Assembly: GCA_946965045.2 (NCBI GenBank)
Contig: OX337235.1
Span: forward strand, 496,001-560,000
Length of the DNA: 64,000 bases
Direction: 5' to 3'
Source of the DNA: Epithemia pelagica
Taxonomy: Eukaryota > Protista > Bacillariophyta
This document shows, piece by piece, positions 1 to 12,290 of the stretch. The position numbers and the translations under genes were made by a program. Position 1 is the first letter of the stretch; each line of letters starts with the position of its first letter. Below the pieces are notes generated by a model that saw nothing but the letters and a program-made list of their open reading frames with translations, was not told the origin of the DNA and ran no database searches.

Positions 1-954
1 GGCACTGCCACTTTGACGAAGTTCAAAGCAAACAAAGTCTTCAAAGTCACCGTGCGAAATCTTGGCATGACGGTAACTAACTTGTTCAATGGGACCAGCC
101 GCAGCAGCAACACGGGCAACGACAATGGTAGCCTCATCGGCCTTGGCATTGCAGCAGCATCGTGGATCATCGTCATCGTAGGGGCAGCACAATCCGCACG
201 AACGGTCCAACCATCCTTGGTGACCACCAACGGCAATGTCAGCCACTGTTTGGAACAACCCCAGAGACAAGGCGGAGTTGCTAAAGGCTTGATTGTGGGC
301 CTTGAGAACCACTTTATTGAGAATTTGATTGTCACGGTCCGACAATTCGTGGGGCAAACCAATCAAGGTGAGCTGGGCTTCGGTGATTTCGCCATGTCCA
401 TAGGCCGTTTCGACGGGTCCAATGGTGTTCAAGCCAGTGTGTTCCAAGAAGGAAAAGGTACAGTCCTTGGCATGAACTAAATTGACATATGAGGACTTTT
501 GAAGACGGTCGCACAAGTCATATTGGAACTGTTCGTGAAGAAGACCAAGATCGGCCGTGGCACCCAACACACTGTCCTTGTAATAAAATACATCGACTTG
601 AGCATTGATAAAGGCAGCTTCTTCTTGGCTGTTCTTGACAAGAGAAGTACTGCTGGGTGTCCACCAAAAGGAGTCGGAAGGAATGGTGGAAAAGCCTTGA
701 GTCTTGATATCGCCCAACTTTTGGCCCGCCTTGTCGAAACCAAAGGCCTGGTTGTACGCGGCCTGAGCTTGCTTGGTAATGTAGTTGGCTTCCTCGTCCG
801 AGACCATGTCCGAAAGACCACCCACAACAATGCGGGCATTGTACGATTCCGTCGAGGCACTGGCCACCATTTCTTGAAAGGCAGCACGCAAACTAAAGTC
901 GGCGGCAGCAGACGAAGTGAAGAGCATGGTGAGAAAGGCAAGAGAAAGCTTCAT
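1..954 (-). CDS. Secreted protein of unknown function (3' end runs off the window; absent from the ORF track)
   Basis: Manual translation from ATG at 954 is open for 318 codons to base 1: MKLSLAFLTMLFTSSAAA|DFSLRAAF (signal peptide) ... WLDRSCGLCCPYDDDDPRCCCNAK ... The + ORFs 13-480 and 499-975 are its antisense shadows. Confidence 0.8.
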   Translation of the reverse strand, partial: MKLSLAFLTMLFTSSAAADFSLRAAFQEMVASASTESYNARIVVGGLSDMVSDEEANYITKQAQAAYNQAFGFDKAGQKLGDIKTQGFSTIPSDSFWWTPSSTSLVKNSQEEAAFINAQVDVFYYKDSVLGATADLGLLHEQFQYDLCDRLQKSSYVNLVHAKDCTFSFLEHTGLNTIGPVETAYGHGEITEAQLTLIGLPHELSDRDNQILNKVVLKAHNQAFSNSALSLGLFQTVADIAVGGHQGWLDRSCGLCCPYDDDDPRCCCNAKADEATIVVARVAAAAGPIEQVSYRHAKISHGDFEDFVCFELRQSGSA

Positions 955-2607
955 GGTGAATGTAGTTGTTCTTGAAAATCGGTGCAAAGACTTGAGGCTT
1001 TTTGCTTTTGCCGTTTGGAAAATTGTGAGCAAAGTGAGGGATCTAGAATTTGGAGGTGGAAGAGCAAAAGTCGAGTGGATCCATAAGACCACGTGTGGCG
1101 TCCGTGGGATCAGAAACGAAAACACATTGGGACAAGGAACCCAATACTCACATTTCACATTGTTTTTGACGTTTTGGCCACACGGGGTTAGACCCACGGA
1201 TGCATCGAGATTTGATTGTCATATTGAGAACTGATTGGCTGTTTCCGTTGTCAATAGGAAAGGGACTTGAAACCCAAAGCGCCCTTGTGCTGTCATTTTC
1301 TCTCGCTGGTTTCGATTGGTTGTTTAGATGCAGCGTCAACCGTTTTCCCCATCGGAGATTTCTGGTTCTTCGATACCATTGGTGGAATAGAACAAAAGTC
1401 TATGATTGGCTAAAATGGCCCTAGAGTTGTATTTCCGAAATCATTGCCACTGATTTCCCCCCCCCCCCCCCGCATTGAACTCAGAATCCCCGGTTCCCGT
1501 AAAGAATAAAAGGGGCAGGAATGATGCATAAGGGTAGCTAGGATAGCAGTATGATAATGTCCGTGGAGTATGTACGCAAAGGCACCCCTACGTAGAGAGT
1601 TTGCCATCATGATCAAGACGCATGAATGAAAATCGTCATATCTATTGGTAATATTTCAATAAGTCCTCCCGTTATTTGGAAGAGGCAAGGAGGCAAGGTA
1701 TAGCCATGCTACTAAACGGAGCCGTTGCGAAATGAGGGCATTATCATCGTTCCAAGAATAGTAAGGTCGTTGGAAGGAATCTGCGAAAACACAGATGAGA
1801 AGCTCAGACTACTTCTCACCAAAATCATGTCGGTTTGAGACGGAGAAAAGGCTGTGAGGTACTGTTCTTTTCGTGTCTCGTGTTTTTTGTATCACCCTGC
1901 CCTGTTCAGTCCTCTACAGCACGGACTGTACCAACCTCAAAAGGAATACAAAGCTGGCTATTCTTCGTTTGGCTCCATGTTCGTTTCGTCTCTGGTTCTC
2001 CGTGATACGTCTCTCTTGTGGTTCTGACCCTGGTTGGTTCGTGAGTGGATTTTCGTTGGTTCGATACTCCTGGCGATGTTGGTACATTCTCAGAACAGAA
2101 TACCACTCGACTGATAGGTCTGCAGTGTATTCAAAAGGTGCATAAATACACCTGTATAGATAGTGTCGCGTCACTATATATCCTTAACCAAAATGGCGAG
2201 AGCGATTGGCACTTTTCCTGTCTTGGGTGTTGAACTGTAAATAAGGCCGCTGTTTAGTCCTTCAATTCTTTAGCGCAATTTACCTCCAATCAATCCAACG
2301 AGAGATCTTTGTAAATCACAGTCACCAAATCCACAACGTCGTCCCCGCCTTTGTTTCCTAGTCGTTTTAGTGGACATCCGAGTTTCCGGTATTCGTCGTG
2401 GGTACTGGAGCTCCTGATGCTGCTCCAGCAGACTCTTGTGAGTCTTATTGGACCACTTTAGAATCGGCGGAAGCCGAATCGGCAGATTGATGCGTTCTGG
2501 TCGATACTTTTGAAGATGCCTCATCACGCACCGTTGTCAATGATACTGGTTTGGGAGTAACTTCTGCAGTCACCGAAGATGATGGACTGGCAGTGTCCGC
2601 TGGGGGT

Positions 2608-3600
2608 CTATATAACTTGCGGTGTGCTGCTGGTACTGGAGACTGGTTCTGTACTGTCTGCTTCCAACCTCAAGTTGTCGAGATAGAAAGGCGCAATGAC
2701 TGATTTTGTGGCAGCTTGCAACCATTGTGACCATTTGGCATTCTCTTTCTTGGCTTTCTCGGCCTCTAATTTTTGTTCCTGCTGTGTTTCCAAGAAATAG
2801 CGATGAATGGCTTCTTCCGACCAAATTTCGTCGACACTCAAGCCAGCTTCGTATCGACTAACGGCACAGTGAAAAAAGTAATTCTTCCAGAACAAAACCT
2901 CTCGTGTGCCACCCCCGGGACTCGCCCGTGCCATGTACAGTGCCAAGGTCGGATCAACCTTCAACATTCTTTGAATCAAACCAACATGAATATCCAAATC
3001 AAAGTCTGACAAGAGTTTGGGTAAGGGCTGTAATTTTGACAGGAGTTTCAAGGACTCGGGGCTTGATGGGAGTGTCGTTCCTACAGTATTTGTATAAGGA
3101 GTGCCCTCTACTCCGGTATCCTCGTAGCTGTTGGGCAAGGCGAACGGGCCCGTGAAAGTTTCTGATTTGGTACTCAATTGCAAAATGGTTTGTTTACATT
3201 CTTCCACCAATATTTTCCGTTCCGGACAGCGCGTTTCCCATGGCAACAAGCAAGTCAAATGATCTCGAACTTGTTGCTTTTGCTCATCTTGTTGTTGTTC
3301 CTGCACCTCCATTTCTTTGAGCTCTTTCAGAGCTTTGGACATGTTTTGAAACATATGTTTTAAGGTTCCTCTTGGTTCCTGCGGTACATGGAGAGTCAAA
3401 AGTTCGGTCAAGATCTGGTTCGACTGCTTCTGCACCTCCAGTATCTGCTGAAGGAGATGGTGATTGTTCCTGTCGTCGTCGTCGTTATCATGATGAGCAT
3501 CGTTGAGTTGCGATTGTATCTTTGTTATAAGGGCACCGACAGACTCGTTGCTGTCCAGGAGACTTTCAACTTTACTCGATGGCAACGCCCCTAATACCAT
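2608..3600 (-). CDS. BSD domain-containing protein
   Basis: FDLDIHVGLIQRMLKVDPTL...EVLFWKNYFFHC resembles the BSD-domain FW-x-x-YF signature; coiled-coil N-terminus. The 3' end may be frameshifted near 2620. Confidence 0.7.
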   Translation of the reverse strand: MVLGALPSSKVESLLDSNESVGALITKIQSQLNDAHHDNDDDDRNNHHLLQQILEVQKQSNQILTELLTLHVPQEPRGTLKHMFQNMSKALKELKEMEVQEQQQDEQKQQVRDHLTCLLPWETRCPERKILVEECKQTILQLSTKSETFTGPFALPNSYEDTGVEGTPYTNTVGTTLPSSPESLKLLSKLQPLPKLLSDFDLDIHVGLIQRMLKVDPTLALYMARASPGGGTREVLFWKNYFFHCAVSRYEAGLSVDEIWSEEAIHRYFLETQQEQKLEAEKAKKENAKWSQWLQAATKSVIAPFYLDNLRLEADSTEPVSSTSSTPQVI

Positions 3601-4064
3601 GTTGCTGATTCTTTTGTGGATATGGATACGAGTAGAAGCAACCTGACTAATTTGGCAGCCTGACTAAATTTGGTGGGCGGAATTTTGGGGTCACCGCGAT
3701 GCCACCGTAGAAAACTTTGGTTTGGGACACGACAGAAAAATGGAGTGAGAGATGCACGGTGAACGGTGAAATGCCAGTCACACAGTCATTACATGAGTCC
3801 GAAAGTCATCATTAATTTCGACTATAGAAACAAAAAGTACTTGGATGTTACAAAAAGGAATGCTCATTTCAACAGGGAGTGACGTCAGACGAGAAAGATA
3901 CCAAAGCATGATGCGAAAGATACCTTTTAAGGTCATGGCAAAACGACGATGCTGTGCAATCTCGACGACTAAATCACAGAGGAACTTCTTCATATACAGG
4001 TCGTTCGTTTGAAATTCATACTTGCTTGGATTCTTCTCTTTCGTTTTCAGTTGTGCCTTTGCTC

Positions 4065-4259
4065 TCAATCCTGAAACTCCTTCCAGAACGGCGTGTAGTC
4101 CTCTTTGTACCCATCTTGGCAGTTGGCTTTGATGACAACCATTTGGTCATTCGCTATCCCGTTCGCATCGCCAATATATTTGCCACTGTCTACAATCTTG
4201 ATTTTGATTTTTGTGTTGATAGGGTTCACATATACGAGGTCTCCAGGTCAGGTAAAAGC
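4065..4259 (-). pseudogene. Displaced 3' end of the ceramidase reading frame
   Basis: Removing the element and one TSD joins ...PDAPKAF to T*PGDLVYVNPINTKIKIKIVDSGK...FWKEFQD* in the same frame. Confidence 0.55.
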
Positions 4260-4540
4260 TGCTAGAACACTTTAAGACTGGCCTATTAGGTTTTGCTTTT
4301 CCCAAACTTATGATCTCATTACTAATATTTTGTTTTCGTTATCCTAATCGTATTCTGTGTTTGTTTGTGTCCCCGTGGGAGTAAGACCTATTTCGACTCC
4401 CATTCATATGACCTGATCCCGTACATAGTTTCCCCAGTAGTCGAATCCCAAGGCGCTAATCCCGACCGTTATAGAGGCCACAGCGCTAATCCCGACCGTT
4501 ATAAGGGCGACCATCAGTCAGGCCACAATAGGTTCCAACA
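4260..4540 (-). repeat. 3' LTR of copia element
   Basis: Matches 9275-9555 except one substitution (4383 a vs 9398 t); contains a 21-bp motif GCGCTAATCCCGACCGTTATA twice (4453, 4483). Confidence 0.97.
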
Positions 4541-4550
4541 CCCTCCCCTT
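4541..4550 (-). other. Polypurine tract
   Basis: AAGGGGAGGG on the minus strand abuts the TG of the 3' LTR. Confidence 0.9.
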
Positions 4551-4560
4551 GTGGCTGACT

Positions 4561-7500
4561 TCAATCGGCCACATAGACCAACCCATGACGAAGATAGGTG
4601 GGACCATCAAGATTCTTGGTGAAGAGGTCCGCAGAATTGTCGTCAGTGCTGATCCAGTTGCATTTGAGAATTCCTTCTTCCTTGAGTTCTCGAAGGAAGA
4701 ACATGCGGACATCAATGTGACGTGTCCGTCCACCGACTGCCCACGAATTGATGATATCTTCCCCCCCCCCCCCCCCCCCTTGTTGTCCATTTCAAGTAAC
4801 ATAGGTAGTTTCACCTTAAGCCCCATGCTGAGAATAATTTGCCGAGCGAACAACATCGTCTGCACACAGTCCACAGCAGCCACCAATTCGGCTTCCGTAA
4901 CGCTCAGGGTTATGATGCTCTGAGTCTTGCTTTTCGTTTGAATAGGTGCACCGTTGAGAAACACCGAAATTCCACTAACACTCTTGCGATCGTGCTGTTT
5001 CGCGTAGTCACTGTCTGAACGGCCGCTGATCTCAAACTCGTAATCGGCTGTTCCATCCCACTGTCCCTCTGGTTTTAGCAAAAGACCGCGCTGTTTGGTT
5101 GAGACGCAGTATTCCATCAAGCGTCGCATTGCCTTGTCATGCGCAAGAGAAGGTTCCTGCATGAATCGACTCAAATCTCGAACGGCATTTGAAATGTCAG
5201 GGCGACTCCATTTCATTAAGTACAACAGTTTCCCAATCCCGGACCGAACTCGAAATGTGCCCTTAGCATCCAAACGCGAACTCTCATCTCCAGCTTGTAG
5301 TGTACTGTGTGGTACAGCAGGTGTTTTCGATGTACCCTCCCCCACTCCAAATTCGTCCCCAAAACTGCGAAGAAGAACTGGTTGGGTAATTTTGACTGTG
5401 CGTTGTTCAGTACAAAATTCAATCTTGCTCCCCAAATATTCATCCAACGGTCCAATATCATCAACATCAACCTTTCCCTTGAAGATTTCACGGAAATGCA
5501 TAACTCCGTCTTTATTCCCCATAAGAATCATATCATCAATGTAGGACAGAAACAAGATAAGCCCAAATTGCGTCCAAGCAAAATACAAACAAGGGTCAGC
5601 TTTGCTTCGATCAAAGCCCATACTCTGCATCAACTTCAACAGAAATTCCCAAAACATCTTAGCGGCTTGCTTGCATCCATAGAGCGTCTTCAACAGAAGC
5701 AACAACCAACCGTAGGGATAGAATTTCTCAAAACCTCGTGGGACTTCCATTGCCACTTTGTGTTGCGTGCGGAATCCGCATTTCAGAAAAGCCCCTTTCA
5801 CGTCCATTAAATGTGCGTACCACCCAGCCAAAATCAGCATCACAAAGGCAATTTTCACGGTGAGTTCGTTGACCACCGGTGCAAATAAATCATCACGATC
5901 GTACGACACTCCTTCGCGTTGTTTGAAACCCCGAGCTGCCAAACGAGCACGATACTTTCCACTGGCCTTTTTCTTCATAGACCAAGTCGAATCGATGATG
6001 TCGCAATTGGGAGGCAAATCTTCTTTCCGAATGGGCACCCAAACGCCACAATCAATCATGCGTTGGTGTTCTTCATCGACTGACTTCACCCATGCATCCT
6101 TGTCGGCTTGGGCCATTGCCTCATCGAAGGTCATCACCTTGAGCTCTTTTGTATTCGTGATGCCTTGCCCCAATCCGGCACCCACCATGGCCAATTCTTC
6201 ATCCAGGAAACTATCGGCATCAGAGTCCAATGCTTGAAGAGCATGGTAGTAATTCTGTTCTGCTTTGGACAACACGGCTTGTCCAATTTCAGCAATCAAC
6301 CGTTGTGGTGCTCGTACGGTACGACCTGTTCGCGTCGTCGCTGTTTCAACGGGCTCCGGAATCACAATATTCCGCACTGGAGCCGTGGATTCGTCATTGC
6401 CTGTGCTCATGTTTACTTCAGGCATCGGATCATCCGGTTCATATTCATTGTTGGAGTTGTTGTCGTCCACATTGCCGTCGTTTCCGCCATGGTCGTCTTG
6501 GCCATCGTTTTCGCGACCACTTCCGCGACTCTCCCCGTGATTCGATGCAGCCTCAGCATCCACGACTGGATTGGTTTGTAGTTCCTTGGCATTAGGAGGT
6601 TTCTTGTAGTATAGCCGCTTTAGCCAAGTCACGTCGCGTGATTCCCGAACACGACCCGTTTTAGGATCAAACATCCGATAACAGTCACCCGGATGATCAC
6701 GTGCATACCCAACGAAGAAACAATGTACACCTTTGTCCATTAATTTCGGGGAAGTTTTAGTCTTGATCTTGACCGTTCCGGCTTCCCCCCATACTCGCAA
6801 GTGTTTCGCGAACGTTGGCACTTTCCCCCAAATGTGTTCGTATCGAGTCGCAGATCTTCCCCCATGATCCACAACAACCAAGCCGTCCAAAAGCGTTGCC
6901 GTCATGCAAGCCTCGTGCCACAACTTGAAGCGGATTTCTATGGGGATATTAGCGCGGTGCATCATCGCACGTGCTCGATTCATCATGGTAGCAAATCCCA
7001 CCTCAGCGACAGAGTTTTGCTGGGGTGTATCACGGGCAGTGAACTCAAAATGGATCCCAAGTTGCCACTTTTCATTTTGACACCGTTTCTGCAAGGCCTT
7101 GTTCTCGCCTGCATTGTCCAACCGAAGGTGAGTGATGGACACACCATGTTGTTTCATCAATGCCATTTTCTCACATGTGTCCTCTGGCATTTCATCTTTG
7201 GCATCATAGAACTCGGAAAGCTTGAGCTGGATTTTCGGATGGACCACCAAGATTCTCCACTGCGGCTTCGACGGAATTGGCATGTCTTGCTTCTTCTTGA
7301 TCGAGGCCATGTCGAGGTAAGCACGAAGTTGTTTCTCGTCATCGTGTTCCCTGTCATCTTCTCCGTTCTCATTTTGCGGCAAGTTCTTCTGTTTTGCCTT
7401 TCCAGCTGCGCAAGCTGCACATTTTGGCATCGTTGTCTTGGTGAGTTTCCATCCAAGTTTCTTGGCTGTTTCGATTACTGCTTTCTCTCCGATGTGACCC

Positions 7501-9239
7501 AGTTTCTCATGAGCCTGTTCCATTGTCATCTTGATTTGTTCTTCACTTGTCGCTGCGTTTCCCAACTCGGTCCTTTCAAAATACGCGGCAAAAATCACTC
7601 CCTTGGGCGTTTGGATCTTGATATCGAAGATGATTTCCTGCCCATTCTTGGTAAGTCGGATTGACTGTTTGTCTCCTTCCAATTTCCATCCACTCATCTG
7701 CATTTTCGTGATGCTGAACAGGTTGAATCCACCGCTTGGAACCACGCTGACGTCTTGCATCTTCACACGGTTGAGCGCGTTCCCATTCTTGTCGTGCAAC
7801 ACTCCAGGTAAGTTGCCAACTTCCACGACCTTTTCTGTTTTATTGTTGCCCATGGTGATCCCTTTCTCATCATGTTGTTTCTTGACATCAACCATTCCGA
7901 CGCGAAACGGAGTCATATGCGTCGTCGCTCCAGTGTCTGCGATCCATACATTCGGATCTGTCAGGAGACTTTGGATGGCTGGGAATTCCATTTCCTTGGC
8001 CATACCGGCACAGCAGATCTCCTTGTCCACTTCTTCTTCGTCATCTGACACAACAACCAACGAGTCGTCGATGCTTTCATCGTCCTCTTCACCCAAGAAA
8101 CTGATCCAATCGAGGTCTTCATCGTCGCCTCTTGTCTCTTCGTCGTCGGTGTCGCTCACGATCTCGTGATCGAGCACCGAATCAGGGAGTTCTTTATATT
8201 CGTTGTGTTCGTCCTCGTCATCGGTATCTAACCATACCATGTTCCGAGGGATCATTGGTGGTAATTCGACCGCACAAGTGATGATTTCAACGCTGCCTTC
8301 GACATCCGTCTCACCACTGTCCTTTGCCACTTTGCCATGCTCCTCGACCTTGTACCATTCGGGCCTCTTGTCTTTGTTCTCGGGTTTTATCCAGCAGTCT
8401 GCGGCCTTGTGCCCGACCTTTCCGCAATGATGGCACTTGCCCTTGAATTTGTAAGTCTTCTTACCGTCACCTTTCCCACTTTTCTTGCTTGACTTTGACT
8501 TTCCTGACGTTGAACCTTGTTTGTCTCCAGCTGCGAGACCAATCTCGTTGTCTTCGTCTCCGTCGTCTTGGAGGAAATTCTTGGTGCGCTGACCATAAAG
8601 TGCACGCCAGTGCAACCGCATAACGTCTTCAATGTGGTCCGACGTCAATGCCGCACCCTGCTGGCGTTGTTCCGACACAATAATTGACTGGTATTCTCGC
8701 GGAGCTGCTTCAATCGCGATCGCAATTTTCTCCTCATCATCAATCGACACGTTGAACATATTTTCAATCTGCCCAATTTGGCTGAACAGAGTAGTCGGAT
8801 CTTCTTTCTTGGTCATTGCCACTTTACCCAACAACCTTCGCATCTCAATCTTCGATACAGTGTCTGTCGGTTTGAATCGCTTGTGCAATGCAGCAATCAC
8901 CTTCCAGGCCAAACCATCGGGCCATTCATCCGTCTGAGCTTCAGTCAACATTCGGATCATTTGAGGGCTTGTCATCGCAAGGTTCAAGGCACAAAAGGCT
9001 GCCGCATTCTTCTTCTTAGCCAAAGCTTGTTTTCCCGCCACTGTTGCATCGGTATCGAGAGCTGAATCGTCCCGCAAAGGCAAGTCAGTGTCAGGCCCAT
9101 CTTTGCTGATCGCCGACTTGAATCCATGCGCCACTGCATATGAACAAAAGTTCATGAACCAAACTTGGAAATTTTCATGCTTTCCATCGAACGTCTGCAA
9201 ACGTAGATGCTTTAGTGATAAGTCGTCTACCGTAGCCAT
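4561..9239 (-). CDS. Copia gag-pol polyprotein, frameshifted in RNase H at a G19 run
   Basis: Zn knuckle CHHCGKVGHKAADC, protease WIADTGATTHM, HEKLGH...CAAC, integrase LDNAGEN, RT YIDDM, RNase H EMDNKG. After the C19 run (4761-4779) the alternate frame gives DIINSWAVGGRTRHIDVRMFFLRE...SADLFTKNL, stop at 4561. Confidence 0.93.
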
Positions 9240-9274
9240 TGTTGTCTCGAGCGATCTCCTTTCGCTTCGAAGCG

Positions 9275-9555
9275 TGCTAGAACACTTTAAGACTGGCCTA
9301 TTAGGTTTTGCTTTTCCCAAACTTATGATCTCATTACTAATATTTTGTTTTCGTTATCCTAATCGTATTCTGTGTTTGTTTGTGTCCCCGTGGGAGTTAG
9401 ACCTATTTCGACTCCCATTCATATGACCTGATCCCGTACATAGTTTCCCCAGTAGTCGAATCCCAAGGCGCTAATCCCGACCGTTATAGAGGCCACAGCG
9501 CTAATCCCGACCGTTATAAGGGCGACCATCAGTCAGGCCACAATAGGTTCCAACA
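9275..9555 (-). repeat. 5' LTR of copia element
   Basis: Begins TGTTGGAACC on the minus strand and ends CTAGCA; direct repeat of 4260-4540. Confidence 0.97.
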
Positions 9556-11804
9556 AAAGCCTTTGGAGCATCAGGCCGAGGAACCAAATTCACTTCATCA
9601 TTGTAGTCATATATCTCGAACTTGATTTTCCCCGTGCAGAAGCTTCGAATTGTGATCCGGTCCATGTTACGGACGGATGTTTTTTGTCGATCTACATCAG
9701 AGTCTTCAATCACCGTGCCGTCTATAATGCTTTTGGCAAGTCTTTTGAAGCTTTGAATGTGCGCCGAGAGTGTACATGGGCCAAAGAGAGTACACGCTCC
9801 CTCATAGTGCTGTTTGTCGTATTCTTCCTTCGTCGTAATGTACTGCGAGTCATTGTTCGCGTACCCAGCGATTGGGGAATGAGTGACATCGCCATCAAAA
9901 ACAGTGTAAATCGATTCCATGAGACGTCTACCAGCCATTGTGGTCAGTTCGCCGGGAACCCCAGCCAGTGACATCTGGCCAATCTTGAAAAGTTGTAGAG
10001 GCAAGATATTGGGAACAATCGGAGGATTCGCTTTACCTGGACAGAGTACAACTGGTTTGGGATTGTGCTTTTCGTTATCTGTTCCACAGGATTTGGGAGC
10101 GCCAAGGAGTTCACTCAATACCCTACTAACAATAGATTTAAGAGACTGTTCGACGTCATTGAGTGGTTTGGCCATTCCTTCTGAGATCGCCTTAACGTAA
10201 GGATCGGGAAACCCATCTTCTGTGCTTCCTTCGCAAGAGGAACAGTACAACAACACAACAAGGTCAGTGGTCGATGTACCCATTCCATTCCTGAAGTCCC
10301 AAATCCTGTTCTTACCTGCTGCAAAAGACACACCCAAGGCTGCCGGTGCAGTTGTTTTCTCAAAACAGATGTCATCCTCATCACTAATTACAACGTCTGA
10401 GAAGTTGACGCGCTGCCAACGAAAGACGATGGAACCTTCCAACTTTTCGCTGGCAGTATCAAATATCTTCGTAGCTGCTTGCACCTGCGCCTTGCCGTAT
10501 TCAATCATGCGTTTCTCATATGTACTTTTCACCGTGCGTAGATCCGTGCGCTGGATATCCACGTTCCCTGACACATCGCCAGCATTCGAGTTGGCAAAAG
10601 CTGCAATGACCCCCGTATTAACTGTCTCAAACTTCTGAGCAGCCCAACCTTTGCTGTCTCCAGCCGTACGATAGTAGTCCTGACCCTGTGTAGTAAATTG
10701 GAAGTCATCATGTCATGCGGTTGAGAAATAGAAAGGGATAACACCGCGAAAGAGAAAACTAGTTTTTCCACGTACCAGGCTCGTCGGATGAAGTGCGTAC
10801 CAATTGATCATACCAACTGGCGTCTGTCCGTGGGTTAACTTGAGAAGAAACATTCGATGGTCGACATCTGAATCATAGGAAACCCGCTCCTCTTTAGGAT
10901 TGGCTTCGTAGGCACCTGCAGATCGCTGCTGACCGACTTTCATGACGTTGCCTCCGCTCTCGTCTCGAATGTCCTGAACATTGATAAAAATGTCACCGTA
11001 GTCCCTGTTTCTGAATGCTTGTTTCAGGGCTTCGATAATACCTTGCACGATACATTCAAAATTTTGGTTATCGAATCCGCCTACAGCTGTCTCATACAAT
11101 TCGTGATCCGAGTACCCACCAGGAGCACTGTGTGCGTGACTAGCCATTAACATAAAGTTCTTTTGGTTGAGCTGCATCTGCTCGCCTTCTTCATCATTTC
11201 TAAGGCGCCGGATAACATTACGTTTGACTCTGTCCGTTGCAGCCCAGTTGTCCGTGCTCACCATGGCGACTCGTTTGGAAGGATCAAATCGTTCTTCGAT
11301 AAAAAAAGCTCTTGCATAGATTCTCTGGTACGGACCACCATTTGTCTTTTGGTCAGAGACAGAAAATCCTTGAAGTCCAATATTCTTGGCTCCATCCGTA
11401 ATGTCTTCCTTTCCGACGCCGATCATGAAATCGTGAGGAATGTCGCGAACCATGATGAATCGAGTCTCGGTGACCGTCGCACCTCCGTAAGGGGTGACGG
11501 TCACAGTGATAGTGTACGAGGTATCTTGAGCGACGTCGCTGTAAATATGCTCAAGAGCAAACTCCTGTATCGGTCCTGGAATGAGATCGTCTTGCGTCGC
11601 GTCCCTGCTACCATCGCCCGTTCAATCACTCCAACAAAACTCGTTTGCTCCTCATTATTGGTTATGTGAACGAGTACAGTCGCACTTTCCGTCTTCATTG
11701 ACTTCAGGCGTGAGCAAGTTTACTTCAACCTGAAAAGCGTCACTTACGCCGACGAGGAAAATCCAAAAGGCGGTGGTAACCAAAGGCTTGAACAAATTAC
11801 GCAT
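9556..11804 (-). pseudogene. Neutral/alkaline non-lysosomal ceramidase with signal peptide and PKD-like domain; frameshifted and interrupted by the copia element
   Basis: IGVGKEDITD, RIYARAF, SHAHSAPGGY, WYALHPTSL, AFANSNAGDVS, GVSFAAG|STEDG, VPGELTTMAGRRL, GYAN...YITTKEEY...YEGACTLFGP. GT-AG introns near 10689-10776 and 10229-10315; two frameshifts in 11600-11690. Confidence 0.88.
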
Positions 11805-12290
11805 TTGCGGCCATACTCTTTGGATGTCCGTGCCGTCGCGTCGTTGCAGTTGATGCCATTTTTGATTGGGACAACAACAACGCGACTCCGCAAATCCGCA
11901 ATCTTCGACTCCGCTCATCCGGCGGGGTGCATGTATTTTCTGTCCTTTGTACGGACAGAAGATATACGAGCGAGCCCCATGCTCTATTCCCCAGCGGAGG
12001 TGGGAATTTCGTCGTAAATTCTCTTTATCAATTCATCGTAAAACACTCGCCCCCGCTGGGGGCTACCCCAAACCCCAAACGAGAGATTCGGAACAAAAAT
12101 CTCTCCACAGTTGAGAACAATAAGCTTGACAGAATGAATCCAAAAAAGAATTGTGCCGGAACCCTTCGCGTGACAGGATCCCCAAAGAATGGTTCCTCCG
12201 TTCCTGAATAGAACAGCAACGTCTTTGTTGGATGGTAGAACTTGCAATGTGCGGCGGTCCAAATCATTGTCGGGGGCTTCGTAGATAACG

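Larger units (their letters stand above)
4260..9555 (-). mobile_element. Full-length Ty1/copia (CoDi-like) LTR retrotransposon
   Basis: 281-bp LTRs with TG...CA ends, 5-bp TSD AAAGC at 4255-4259 and 9556-9560, PPT, and gag-PR-IN-RT-RH domain order. Confidence 0.97.

Noticed and set aside
13-975. Plus-strand ORFs 13-480 and 499-975
   Set aside because: Antisense shadows of the minus-strand secreted-protein gene.
4248-4250. TGA as selenocysteine or readthrough in the ceramidase tail
   Set aside because: No SECIS recognisable and the gene has other lesions; a simple stop is more parsimonious.
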